Positions 9,528-19,058 of a stretch of DNA of 64,000 nt are shown one piece after another (position 1 is the first letter of the stretch; every line of letters starts with the position of its first letter). The DNA comes from Acidimicrobiia bacterium. GTDB taxonomy: Bacteria > Actinomycetota > Acidimicrobiia > Spongiisociales > ZC4RG35. A program made the translations under genes and the position numbers. The stretch is taken from assembly GCA_965215185.1 (NCBI GenBank), contig OZ244034.1, positions 2,208,001-2,272,000 on the forward strand. Direction: 5' to 3'. Under the pieces are notes generated by a model that worked only from the letters and a program-made list of their open reading frames with translations, was not told the origin of the DNA and did no database searches.

Positions 9528-10700
9528 ATGTCCCGATCCCGGGTTGGAGGAACAACTTTGAGTAGAGCCAGGGAGGCAGTGGTGGTAGGCGCGGGGATCG
9601 CCGGTGCCATGACCGCCCTGCATCTGCGCCGCGCCGGGCTTTCGGTGCGTCTGGTCGACGCGTGGGATCCCGGCCATGCCCGAGCCGCTTCCGCCGGGAC
9701 CCATCGGCTGATTCGCTCCACCCATGGAACCGATGAGTTGTACACCCTGTGGAGTCGGGAAGCCCGCTTGCGTTGGATGGAGCTGTCTCAACACGTCGGC
9801 CGGCGTTTCTACTACGAATCGGGAGTGGTGATCCTGGCCGCGGAGGGGCACTCGAAATGGGAGGACGCCACCCAGGTCACCCTATCGAAACTGGGGATAC
9901 CCTTTTTCGTCGTTCCCCCCCGAGAGCTTCCCACCCGGCTGCCGGTGGTCAACCCACGGGGGATAGCCTATGGGTTGTGGGAGCCCGAGGCAGGCTTCAT
10001 CCTCTCCAGAGACGCCCTGGTAGCGACGGTGCAGTTGTTTTGCGCCGAGGGCGGGGAGTTGGTCCGAGGCAGGGCGCAGACCAATGAGAACGAATGGCCG
10101 ACCCTCAATGGAAAGCCCATCCGGGCCGACCTGGTGGTTATGGCATGTGGGGCTTGGATGGGCAGCCTTTTCCCCCGCACCCTGGGCAGGATCCTGTCGA
10201 TCGTCCGCCAGGATGTAATCCTCGTCTCCCCACCGGTTGGTGACACCCGCTACGACTGGGAGAACATGCCGGGCTGGATAGATCACGGCTATCCCGCCTA
10301 TGGCGTGCCTGCCGTGAATGGCCACGGCTTCAAGGCGGCTTTTGCCTGGCATCACGGCATGATGGACATCGACCGCTCCGATCGAGTCACCGATCCCTCC
10401 ACCGTGGCGCGCTGTCGTCGCTATCTGGCCACTCGCTTTCCGGAGTTAGCGGATTCGGTGATAACCGACCAGAAGGTATGCCAGATAGTCAACACCCCCG
10501 ACCGCCACTTCATCATCGACCGCCATCCCGACCATGAGAATCTGGTGCTGGTCACGGGAGGATCGGGACATCTCTACAAGCACGGGCCGGTGTTGGGAGA
10601 ATTCGTAGCGGACTTTTCCTTGGGTCGGCATGGAACCAACCAGCGTTTTCGCCTAGACCGCCCTCGCACCGCTTCATCAGCCATTGACGATCCCCAGTAA
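9528..10700 (+). CDS. FAD-dependent amine oxidase, monomeric sarcosine oxidase / N-methyltryptophan oxidase family
   Basis: VVGAGIAG, ASAGTHRLIR, ACGAW, CQIVNTPDRHFIIDRHP and GGSGHLYKHGP. Divergent from the BMC operon. Confidence 0.8.
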   Translation: MSRSRVGGTTLSRAREAVVVGAGIAGAMTALHLRRAGLSVRLVDAWDPGHARAASAGTHRLIRSTHGTDELYTLWSREARLRWMELSQHVGRRFYYESGVVILAAEGHSKWEDATQVTLSKLGIPFFVVPPRELPTRLPVVNPRGIAYGLWEPEAGFILSRDALVATVQLFCAEGGELVRGRAQTNENEWPTLNGKPIRADLVVMACGAWMGSLFPRTLGRILSIVRQDVILVSPPVGDTRYDWENMPGWIDHGYPAYGVPAVNGHGFKAAFAWHHGMMDIDRSDRVTDPSTVARCRRYLATRFPELADSVITDQKVCQIVNTPDRHFIIDRHPDHENLVLVTGGSGHLYKHGPVLGEFVADFSLGRHGTNQRFRLDRPRTASSAIDDPQ

Positions 10701-10903
10701 CGCCGCCGGCCTTGGAAAGTGTGTTGACCGGCCAGTGTCACAGCCTGGGTTTAGAGTTGGATTTGTGAAAAAAATTCCTCATATCAACAAAAAACCTCCT
10801 AAACCGTGAAAAAGCGGAAAGCACCTGCTAGATGGGGAATCGCACCTTTAGAACGCGAAAACCTCGACTAGATCGCTAAAAACCACTCTTTACCTTTTCG
10901 TAA

Positions 10904-10943
10904 TAGACCAGTCCTCCCACCAGTAGACCAGTCCTCCCACCAG
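10904..10943. repeat. Perfect 20-bp tandem duplication upstream of dnaB
   Basis: TAGACCAGTCCTCCCACCAG at 10904-10923 and 10924-10943. Confidence 0.9.
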
Positions 10944-10969
10944 TCCCCCGCTACCAGAAGGCCTCCGGC

Positions 10970-12409
10970 ATGGCGTATGACCGATTTCAGGACGGCGAAT
11001 TCCTAGATCAGGCTCCCCCTGAGCAGGAACGCGTACGGGTGGGGAGGGTGCCTCCTCACTCCCGGGAAGCCGAGCAGTCGGTGTTGGGCGCCATTCTGCT
11101 GAGCAGAACCGCCACCAACGAGGTGATGGAACGATTGGAAGCCGACGACTTCTACGAGCCAATCCACGGGTTGGTGTTCGAAGCTGCCCGTCGGCTTTAC
11201 GATGAGAGTCGGGCCATCGACGTCCTCACCCTCGCCGAGGAACTACGCCGTACCAACTCCCTGGAGAAGATCGGAGGGCATGAGCGACTGGCGGATCTGA
11301 GCCAAAGGGTCCCCAACATCACCCACGTCGACCGGTATGCCGCAATAGTGGCGGAGCACGCCCAACGCAGGCGCCTGATAGAGGTCAGTCATCGGGTAAC
11401 GGATCTGGCCATGAATCTCGATCAGAACACTGATGCTGTGATCGATCAGGCCGAGCGGATGATGCTGGAAGTGAACGACGAGTCGGCGGATGACGGACTC
11501 CAACCGGTCAGCAGTCTTTTGAGAAGCGTCTTCGAAACCATCGAGCGGCAAGGAGACCAATTCCCCGGCCTCCCCACCGGGCTAACCGATCTCGACGAGA
11601 TGCTGATGGGCCTCAAGCCGGGAACATTTATGGTGGTGGCGGGACGGCCTTCGATGGGCAAGTCGGCCCTTGCTCAAACCCTGGCTTCCAACACCGCTCA
11701 AGACGGCGGGGTGGTCGCTCTGTTTTCTCTGGAAATGTCCAAGGAGGAGGTGCTCACTCGCCTGCTGTCCATGGTGGGGGAAGTCAACTCCAGCCGTATC
11801 CGTTCAGGAGTGGCCAACAACCAACAACTTTGGGACAGACTGTTGGACGCGGGTGGCAAGATTCACGAATGGAAGCTGTACGTGGACGACTCCCCGGAGC
11901 CGACCATAACTGAGATCCGGGCGAAATGCCGCAGGTTGCGCCATGAGGAGGGCCTCGACCTGGTAATACTGGACTACCTGCAGTTGATGCCCTCTTCAAG
12001 CGGCCCCTCTTCACGCAACTCCGATAACCGGCAACAAGAAATCGCTGATGTTTCGCGCTCTTTGAAAGGTCTGGCCAGGGAATTGGAGGTTCCGGTGATC
12101 GGCGTATCTCAGCTCAATCGGGCGGTTGAGCTTCGCAGGGACAAGAAACCCATGCTTTCGGACCTCCGTGAATCCGGAGCCATCGAACAGGACGCCGACA
12201 TCGTGCTGTTGCTCTACCGGGCGGATTACTACGAAAACACGGACAAGAAAGAGGCAGAGAACCCCGCCACCAAGAACCTGGCCGAGATCCACATAGCCAA
12301 GAACCGCTCCGGGCCGACCGGAACAGTGCGAACCACCTTCGCCAAAGAATTCACCCTCTTCCGCAATTACACAGGGGCCCCCGCACCCAACCGAGACGCG
12401 ACGTACTGA
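10970..12409 (+). CDS. dnaB: Replicative DNA helicase
   Basis: PPHSREAEQSVLG, AGRPSMGKS, FSLEM, LDYLQLM, SQLNR, DLRESGAIEQDAD and IAKNRSGPTG. Confidence 0.97.
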   Translation: MAYDRFQDGEFLDQAPPEQERVRVGRVPPHSREAEQSVLGAILLSRTATNEVMERLEADDFYEPIHGLVFEAARRLYDESRAIDVLTLAEELRRTNSLEKIGGHERLADLSQRVPNITHVDRYAAIVAEHAQRRRLIEVSHRVTDLAMNLDQNTDAVIDQAERMMLEVNDESADDGLQPVSSLLRSVFETIERQGDQFPGLPTGLTDLDEMLMGLKPGTFMVVAGRPSMGKSALAQTLASNTAQDGGVVALFSLEMSKEEVLTRLLSMVGEVNSSRIRSGVANNQQLWDRLLDAGGKIHEWKLYVDDSPEPTITEIRAKCRRLRHEEGLDLVILDYLQLMPSSSGPSSRNSDNRQQEIADVSRSLKGLARELEVPVIGVSQLNRAVELRRDKKPMLSDLRESGAIEQDADIVLLLYRADYYENTDKKEAENPATKNLAEIHIAKNRSGPTGTVRTTFAKEFTLFRNYTGAPAPNRDATY

Positions 12410-12524
12410 CCCATCCGGTGGGCGCTGCTTCCACCGTGCCCACTTGGTCAGAGCCAAGAACGGCTCCCTGTATTTCGGGACCTCCTCGGTAGAAGCCGCA
12501 GGCAAATACCAGCCCGGCTCGGTT

Positions 12525-14801
12525 TCAACCCGCCGTGGTCGGGGTCGTCTCCTCGGGAGTCTCGGGAGTGGTGTCCTCCGTGGTATCGGTCTCAGGCGCC
12601 TCGGTGGTCGGGGTAGCGTCCCCGGTTCCTGTCTCAGGCGCCTCGGTAGTGGGGGTAGTGTCCTCCGGACCCTGGGACACCACTACCACCACTTCACTAC
12701 CGGCATCCACCCCCTCACCCGGACCGGGTTCGGTCCTGATCACCCCACCCGCCGGCACCGTCTCAGACGCCTCGGTGGTCTCCACCCACCCCAGTCCGGC
12801 ATCCCCCAGAACCACAAACGCCTCACTGCTGGTCAAACCAACCACATCCGGAACAACCACCGCTCCCAATCCTTCGGAGATGACAACAACAATTTCACTA
12901 CCGGCATCCACCCTCCCACCCCTTCCAGGTTCGGTCCTGATCACCCCACCGGTCAGGACCGTGTCGGACACCTCGGTGGTCTCCACCCACCTCAAGCCGG
13001 ACTGAGCCAGGATGACCAGTGCTTCGCTGCTGGGCAAACCCACAACATCCGGAACAACCACCGCTCCCGAATCCACCTCTGTCTGCGACCCTCCCGAAAT
13101 CACTACCACCACCCGGTCGGTGGGCGCGATGCCTCCCCCAGCGCCCGGTTCGGTCCTCATCACCTGACCCACCACCACGGTGTCAGACTCTTCGATGGTT
13201 TCCACCCATCTCAGACCGGACTGCGCCAAGATCGAGAGGGCTTCGCTGCTGGGTAGACCCACAACATCCGGAATCACCTGCAGCCCGGGACCGGTGGCCA
13301 CCACCAAGTCGATCCGGGTTCCGGTCGGCAGGAGCGGCCCCGGCAAAGGGTCCTGATCGACGACGGTTCCCACCTGTCGGCCACTGTCCTCTACAAACTC
13401 AACACTGCCCACCAAAAAACCCTGGGCCAGTATGAGATTCTCGGCGGTGCCTTGCGTCTGCCCAATTACCAGAGGAATATCGAACTTCTCCAAACCGCTG
13501 GAGACCACCACTTCCACCTCGGTACGAGTTTCCACCCGTTCCCCGGCAGGCGGATTGATGGCGATTACTCTCCCTTCGGGCATCTCCTGGCTGCTTTGAC
13601 GGACTACCCGCACAATGAGCTCCGACTCCTGGATGGAGGCGAAGGCATCGGTCTCCCACCTTCCCACCACATCGGGGATGGCTACCACCACTGCTCCGGG
13701 CTGTGGGGTAGGCGCTTGCAGCAAATTCCATACCACCCAACTCAATCCGGCCAAGGCCGCCAAGAGCACCAACACTCCCATTACAAAAGGCAAGGGGACC
13801 GAGCGATGCTCCGCCATATGCGGGTAGTAGCGTTGGGGAAGGATCCGTCCTCCCGGGGAAGCTCCTCTGGAAACCCGAGATGGCGGAACCGGATGCCTCA
13901 CCACCACTTGGCTTTGTGCGGAGGCCGGAGCCGGCGGGGATGGTTGATCCGTAATGGCGCGGGGCACCATCTCTCCCCTCAGCCATGCCTCCAAATCCTG
14001 GAGGAAGGGTTCGGTGTCCTGATAGCGGCCATCGGGATCTTTGACCAGCGCCCGCAACACGATGGCGTCCAATTCGGGGGGCACATCGGGGTTTCGGGAA
14101 GAAGGGGGTGGGACTGCGGTGGAGACATGCTGATAGGCCACCGCCATAGCGGTCTCTCCCTGGAAAGGGGGTCGGCCTACCAGCATCTCGTACAACACCA
14201 CCCCCAGGGAATAGATGTCAGATCGCAGGTCAGCCGACCGGCCCTGCGCTTGCTCGGGGCTGAAATAAGTGGCGGTTCCGATGACCGAACCGGTCTGGGT
14301 AAGTTCTGTGGAGTGATTCCAGGCTCGGGCGATACCGAAGTCGGCCACCTTAACCGATCCATCGGGAGTGAGCATGATGTTTCCCGGTTTCACATCCCTA
14401 TGGATCACTCCCAAGCGGTGGGCGATGGCCAGAGCCAAGACCACTTGGCGGACTATCTCCACCGCCCGCCGGGGGGGCAAAGACCTTCCCTCACCGGTTA
14501 TGTCGCGCAGGCAATCGCCTTCCACCAACTCCATAACCATGAAGTAGGCTCCCTCGGCCTCTCCCCAGTCATAAATACCCACGATGTTGGGATGGTTGAG
14601 ATTGGCGGCAGATTGCGCCTCACGGCGAAACCGTCTCACAAATGACTCGTCGTCGCTGTGCGATCTGGGAAGAAGCTTCACGGCCACCCTTCTCCCCAAG
14701 GCAAGATCGACCGCCAGATACACATCAGACATACCCCCTCTAGCCAAATGGCTTACCAATCGGTAACGATCGGCCAGGGTGTAAGGGAGTTCCATCTCCA
14801 T
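12525..14801 (-). CDS. pknB: Ser/Thr protein kinase with five PASTA domains
   Basis: LARGGM, VAVK, HRDVKPGN, DFGIA and GTATYFSPEQ, then a TM helix, five PD/PL-V-x-G PASTA units and a Thr/Glu/Pro tail. Start is uncertain (14795-14822). Confidence 0.92.
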   Translation of the reverse strand: MEMELPYTLADRYRLVSHLARGGMSDVYLAVDLALGRRVAVKLLPRSHSDDESFVRRFRREAQSAANLNHPNIVGIYDWGEAEGAYFMVMELVEGDCLRDITGEGRSLPPRRAVEIVRQVVLALAIAHRLGVIHRDVKPGNIMLTPDGSVKVADFGIARAWNHSTELTQTGSVIGTATYFSPEQAQGRSADLRSDIYSLGVVLYEMLVGRPPFQGETAMAVAYQHVSTAVPPPSSRNPDVPPELDAIVLRALVKDPDGRYQDTEPFLQDLEAWLRGEMVPRAITDQPSPPAPASAQSQVVVRHPVPPSRVSRGASPGGRILPQRYYPHMAEHRSVPLPFVMGVLVLLAALAGLSWVVWNLLQAPTPQPGAVVVAIPDVVGRWETDAFASIQESELIVRVVRQSSQEMPEGRVIAINPPAGERVETRTEVEVVVSSGLEKFDIPLVIGQTQGTAENLILAQGFLVGSVEFVEDSGRQVGTVVDQDPLPGPLLPTGTRIDLVVATGPGLQVIPDVVGLPSSEALSILAQSGLRWVETIEESDTVVVGQVMRTEPGAGGGIAPTDRVVVVISGGSQTEVDSGAVVVPDVVGLPSSEALVILAQSGLRWVETTEVSDTVLTGGVIRTEPGRGGRVDAGSEIVVVISEGLGAVVVPDVVGLTSSEAFVVLGDAGLGWVETTEASETVPAGGVIRTEPGPGEGVDAGSEVVVVVSQGPEDTTPTTEAPETGTGDATPTTEAPETDTTEDTTPETPEETTPTTAG
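12670..13280. repeat. Three near-identical ~200-bp PASTA-coding tandem repeats in pknB
   Basis: Repeated V(I/V)PDVVGL(P/T)SSEA...GL.WVET.E.S.TV..G.V.RTEPG, also similar at DNA level. Boundaries approximate. Confidence 0.8.
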
Positions 14802-14859
14802 GAACGATGATAGAAAACCCATGGGTGCTAGTTGCCGCTCTTCAGAGCCAGCCTTTCGA

Positions 14860-16230
14860 CTAACCCCTCTGCAACCAGTAGGAAAACAGCTCCGAAGCCA
14901 CCGCAGCCGCGGCCGTTCCTCCGGTGACAGACTCCCCGAAATCCCCTCCGGGTTCAATCATCACCGCCAATGTGATCGCGGGACTCTCCACCGGCGCGAA
15001 CCCGACGAACCAGGCATGATTTCGTCCCTGCGCATCCCGTCCGGTGCCAGTCTTGCCAGCTATCCGGTGTCCGGCCACCGCGGCCTCCCGACCAGTGCCC
15101 TCGGTCACCACCCGCTCCATCATCCGGGCCAGCTCCGTAGCCGCCTGCGCAGATATCACCCCCACTCCTGAAGGTGTTTCTGTGTGCTCTATTAAATCAC
15201 CATCGGCGTTCATCCAACTATCGGTCAGATAGGGCGCAAAGTATTGTCCGCCATTGGCCACCACCGCCGCCACCGCCGCCATGTGCAGAGGAGAAGACGA
15301 CGCCAATCCGCCCGTTCCGGCAGACGCCACCAAACCGGGATCCGACGATCGGTCGGCGCCGAAACTCGGGGTAGCTGCGTAGAGAGGAAACTCCATCTCC
15401 GTGCCGAATCCGAAGGCTATGGCATAGTTCTCCAGGATCTCAGCACCCATCTGGAAGGCCAACTCGGCGAAGGCCAGGTTGCAGGACAGTACGAAAGAGG
15501 TGAGCAAGCTGACCTGTGCCGAATCTGCACAGGGGGCATTTGCGGGATTGACGATCGTCGTCGAAGCATCGGGAATCTGCCATACGGCGCGGTCTTCGAA
15601 CAGACTCTGAATATCGGCGGTGTCCGTCTCCACCGCCGCCGCGGCGGTAACGATCTTGAACGCCGACCCCAGCGGATATGTCACTGCGGCGGCCCTTTCC
15701 GTAACCGGAGATGCGCGTGAGGAAACCAACGCCAGCACTTCCCCCGTGTCAGGACGGACCGCAGCCACTGCGCCCCGACGGCCGCTCAGGATCTCGTAGG
15801 CTCTCTGCTGCAAATCAGGATCCAGGGTTACGGTGAGTCTCCGAGGGCGAAGATCTTCACCGAAGAAAGCCGCCATCAGGTCGGAGACACTGAGATCCCG
15901 CCGGGAACGCAGCTCGTCGACAAAGGCATTCTCCAAGCCGCCTGAGGACGTCTCGGTACCCACCACCGATGCGAAGGCTTCTCCTGCCGGGTATTTTCTG
16001 ACATAGGAACGGGGGATGTCGGGATCCTGCTCGGAAAAGGCCAAGACAGTGCCCGAAACGGTGGTGATCAACCCTCGTTCCTTACCGGCCTGAAAAAGGG
16101 CGATCCGGCGGTTATCGGGATGAGCCCGGTAGCGGTCGGCAACCACCCCTTGGTGCCAGGTGGCGCCCACTACCAAAACAGCCATTCCCACCAGCAACAG
16201 CAAGGCAACCCTGCGGATGGGACCGTTCAC
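14860..16230 (-). CDS. pbpA: Class B penicillin-binding protein
   Basis: SxxK (GSAFK), SxN (SCN) and KTG motifs, N-terminal TM, and position in the pknB operon. Confidence 0.88.
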   Translation of the reverse strand: MNGPIRRVALLLLVGMAVLVVGATWHQGVVADRYRAHPDNRRIALFQAGKERGLITTVSGTVLAFSEQDPDIPRSYVRKYPAGEAFASVVGTETSSGGLENAFVDELRSRRDLSVSDLMAAFFGEDLRPRRLTVTLDPDLQQRAYEILSGRRGAVAAVRPDTGEVLALVSSRASPVTERAAAVTYPLGSAFKIVTAAAAVETDTADIQSLFEDRAVWQIPDASTTIVNPANAPCADSAQVSLLTSFVLSCNLAFAELAFQMGAEILENYAIAFGFGTEMEFPLYAATPSFGADRSSDPGLVASAGTGGLASSSPLHMAAVAAVVANGGQYFAPYLTDSWMNADGDLIEHTETPSGVGVISAQAATELARMMERVVTEGTGREAAVAGHRIAGKTGTGRDAQGRNHAWFVGFAPVESPAITLAVMIEPGGDFGESVTGGTAAAAVASELFSYWLQRG

Positions 16231-17525
16231 AACAGACCCTTCTCTTGATGGCTGATTATCAGCAGTAACCCCATAGCCACCCAACCCGCCAGCAGTGGAA
16301 AACCACCATAGGCCAAGAACGGCAGACCCATTCGGGTGGGCGGTAGCAGACGTTCCAATCCACCGGCCCCGGCCAGAAACATCAGCCCCAGGGCAGCAGA
16401 CAGTGCGGCGGAGGTCACCTTGCAGAAAAGATCGCGGGAACCCAGCGCCACTCCCATCCCCGTCGCCACCACCAGCGCGTGGAGCGATATCATCGCCACC
16501 GTTCCCGCCAGACCCAGTTCTTCACCCAAGGCAGCCAAGATCCAATCGCTGGTGGCATGGGGCACAAACCCAGGGTCGCCCATTCCCAATCCTGATCCCG
16601 ACAAATTACCGGTGCCCAGCGCCAGAAGACTCTCTCTCAGCCCGGCACCACTCTCACCCGCGGTGAACGGATCCAACCAAACCTCGACCGTCTCCCGCAC
16701 CCGGGGAGAGGCCAGCCCCAACACCGCCCCGCCCACCCCCAGGGCCAATCCCGCCCAGACCACGTGCGATTCCCCAGTCGTCACATAGACAACAATCGCC
16801 GACAGGACGAAGACAACCAGCCAAGCCGTGATATCACCAGTGGCCCAGAGCAACGGAAGGGTAACCACCCACACGGCGGCCATGATCACCATGTGTCGCC
16901 AAGAGACCCACCAAGACTCCGCTCGTATATCCCACCAGTCGATGGTTCGGAAAGCAACCGTTGAGGACAGTGCCCATCGGGAAAGGATCCCCGCCAAACC
17001 TACGGCAAAGAGCACCAGTCCCAACCCGAAGGGCTGGATTAGAAACCTGACCTCCCCCTGGCCCACCCCCAACCACAGACCTGTCCCCCGGTCAGGCAGA
17101 CCCTGCAGCAGGCGAGGCAGAAAAGGCAGGACGATCAGACACAGCCCACTGATGGCCAGCGTGTATCCAATGGACATCAGCCTTCCTACTCCCCAGCGAA
17201 ACGCCACCAGCACACCCATGGCGATCACCATCCCCGCCACAACCCACCACAGGTGGAAAGAAGCCTGACCGGAGTCGATGCGATAGATTTCCACCAGGCC
17301 CAAGGCCACCAACAAGGCGGCTGGCGGAAGCAGGAAAGGTGAAGCGCCGGTAGCCCAACGGCGCATGACCGCCCACATACCAGCCAGACAGGACCCAAAT
17401 ACCACCAGGAAAAACAACGGCGTCCAACTGAATTGTCCGGTCTTGCCGAAGTCGACCAACGCCGCGCCCAAGCCGGCAGCCGCCGCCGAACCGGCCAACA
17501 AGGCCGCCTCGGTAATCCGCTTCAT
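16227..17525 (-). CDS. rodA: FtsW/RodA/SpoVE family SEDS protein
   Basis: Multi-TM with WLDPF, GSGLGMGDP..VP...SDWILAALGEELG and PFLAYGG. Confidence 0.88.
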   Translation of the reverse strand: MKRITEAALLAGSAAAAGLGAALVDFGKTGQFSWTPLFFLVVFGSCLAGMWAVMRRWATGASPFLLPPAALLVALGLVEIYRIDSGQASFHLWWVVAGMVIAMGVLVAFRWGVGRLMSIGYTLAISGLCLIVLPFLPRLLQGLPDRGTGLWLGVGQGEVRFLIQPFGLGLVLFAVGLAGILSRWALSSTVAFRTIDWWDIRAESWWVSWRHMVIMAAVWVVTLPLLWATGDITAWLVVFVLSAIVVYVTTGESHVVWAGLALGVGGAVLGLASPRVRETVEVWLDPFTAGESGAGLRESLLALGTGNLSGSGLGMGDPGFVPHATSDWILAALGEELGLAGTVAMISLHALVVATGMGVALGSRDLFCKVTSAALSAALGLMFLAGAGGLERLLPPTRMGLPFLAYGGFPLLAGWVAMGLLLIISHQEKGLL

Positions 17526-18223
17526 GAGGAGATATCAGCGACTACTGCTGTGATGTTGTCCGAAGCCCCCCTACCCAGCGCAGTCTCCACCAGGCTCCAG
17601 ACACATTCTTCGGCGTCCCCCCTCTTCAGAATCCTCCTCATGTCCTGATCCGAGAGCATCCTGTAAAGACCGTCGGAACACACCAGCCATCGGTCCCCTT
17701 CGCCAAGGGGGACTTCTGCTTCCTCCACCTTCAACGACCCATCAAACCCGAGCACCCTCACCAAGCTCCCCGCCTTGGGCATGCTGTACGCCATCTGCGG
17801 TTCCACCCCCTGCCGGATCCTCTGCCAGGCCACCGTGTGGTCGTTGGTCAGCACCGTGACACGGTTTCGCCGGTACAAATAGGCCCTGGTGTCCCCCACA
17901 TGGGCCACCCGGGCCATCCCACCCTCGAATTCCACCAAAGTGAGCGTGGTGTAAGTACCTTCCCAACGAGGTTCCCTACTCACCAGGTCCAAAATGGCCT
18001 GATTGGCGGCTCTTACCCGATCAGCAGGCGACCCCGTGGCATTCTGAGCAGTGTCCACCGCCAAATCCGCGGACACGTGCCCAAACTTTTCTCCTCCCAA
18101 CCCGTCAGCCACCATGATCACCACCGGCCCCACAGCACTGCCCGCGCCGGTGGGATACATGCGGTCCTGGTTGATTTCGGGGCCGAACCCCAAGTGGGTG
18201 GCGGCGGCCCAGGTGCAGATCAT
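17522..18223 (-). CDS. pstP: PP2C-family Ser/Thr phosphatase
   Basis: NQD, VADGLGG, AHVGDTRAY, LTNDH, CSDGL and GASDNIT. Confidence 0.9.
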   Translation of the reverse strand: MICTWAAATHLGFGPEINQDRMYPTGAGSAVGPVVIMVADGLGGEKFGHVSADLAVDTAQNATGSPADRVRAANQAILDLVSREPRWEGTYTTLTLVEFEGGMARVAHVGDTRAYLYRRNRVTVLTNDHTVAWQRIRQGVEPQMAYSMPKAGSLVRVLGFDGSLKVEEAEVPLGEGDRWLVCSDGLYRMLSDQDMRRILKRGDAEECVWSLVETALGRGASDNITAVVADISS

Positions 18224-18633
18224 CGAACCTCCAAGACTGTTCGTCCCACCTGCAAAGCGTCTCCCCGGGCCAACTCGACCGGGTGGCGCATCTTGCGTCC
18301 GTTTAGATACGTGCCATTGGCGCTCCCCAAGTCACTGGCGGACAGCTTTCCCCTTCGGCGGCTGATACGAAGATGAAACTCCGATGCGTATGGGTCGTCT
18401 ATGGGTACGTCAGCATCGGGGCTCTTCCCCAGCACCACGGAGTCGGCCACCGTGAAATGGATGCCGGCCTGGGACTCCGAGCGGACGAACACCAGCCTTG
18501 ATCCCCGCCGAGAAACACCGGCGGGCAAACGAAGTCCCAGATAAACAGCGAGGGCCCGAGCTACATACCACACGAACAGGTAGATGAGCGCCAAAAAGAT
18601 AAACCGAAGAGCGGTGAGCACAAAATTTGTCAC
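18220..18633 (-). CDS. fhaB: FHA domain protein (FhaB/FipA-like)
   Basis: N-terminal TM (LRFIFLALIYLF), DDPYASEFH and DLGSANGTYLNG. Confidence 0.85.
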   Translation of the reverse strand: MTNFVLTALRFIFLALIYLFVWYVARALAVYLGLRLPAGVSRRGSRLVFVRSESQAGIHFTVADSVVLGKSPDADVPIDDPYASEFHLRISRRRGKLSASDLGSANGTYLNGRKMRHPVELARGDALQVGRTVLEVR

Positions 18634-18769
18634 CGATGGCGTCTCCCTGACAGGTCACCACGACGCATGCAGTTTAGTGTATGTCCCTCAGGCCGCCCAG
18701 TGTCCACACTATTGCCGTCTGTCTTTCCTTTTCCCGTCGAACATCGGAGTAGAATGAAAAGTCCCCCGG

Positions 18770-18858
18770 GGGCGAGTGGCGAAATTGGCAGACGCGCAGG
18801 ATTCAGGATCCTGTGGGCTTTAACACCCGTGGGGGTTCAAGTCCCCCCTCGCCCACCA
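18770..18858 (+). tRNA. tRNA-Leu(CAG)
   Basis: GGGCGAG/CTCGCCC acceptor stem, anticodon arm CAGGA-TTCAGGA-TCCTG, long variable arm, GGTTCAAGTCC and encoded CCA. Confidence 0.96.
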
Positions 18859-19034
18859 TGGCCTGTTAGTGACTTAGGGCCCTGTGTGTTAGCGATTTAG
18901 CGGCGGCCGCGCCGATTTGCCCCGATTTTCCCTGTTTTTGGGGGTTTATGACCGTTTCGAAGGGCGTTTAGGCTGGTCGGGGGCCGTGTTGTGGTTGCCC
19001 AGTGTCAGAGTTTGGTTTTTCGGGCGCGGTGAAA

Positions 19035-19058
19035 CCGACAGTAGGGGTTTACTGTCGG
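19035..19058 (-). terminator. Hairpin downstream of transposase stop (second copy at 20524-20547)
   Basis: CCGACAGTA-GGGGTT-TACTGTCGG, a perfect 9-bp stem identical in both arms, with a short T-run on the minus strand. Confidence 0.45.

Noticed and set aside
10740-10900. oriC in the A-rich region before dnaB
   Set aside because: No clustered TTATCCACA-like DnaA boxes were seen and dnaA/dnaN are absent.
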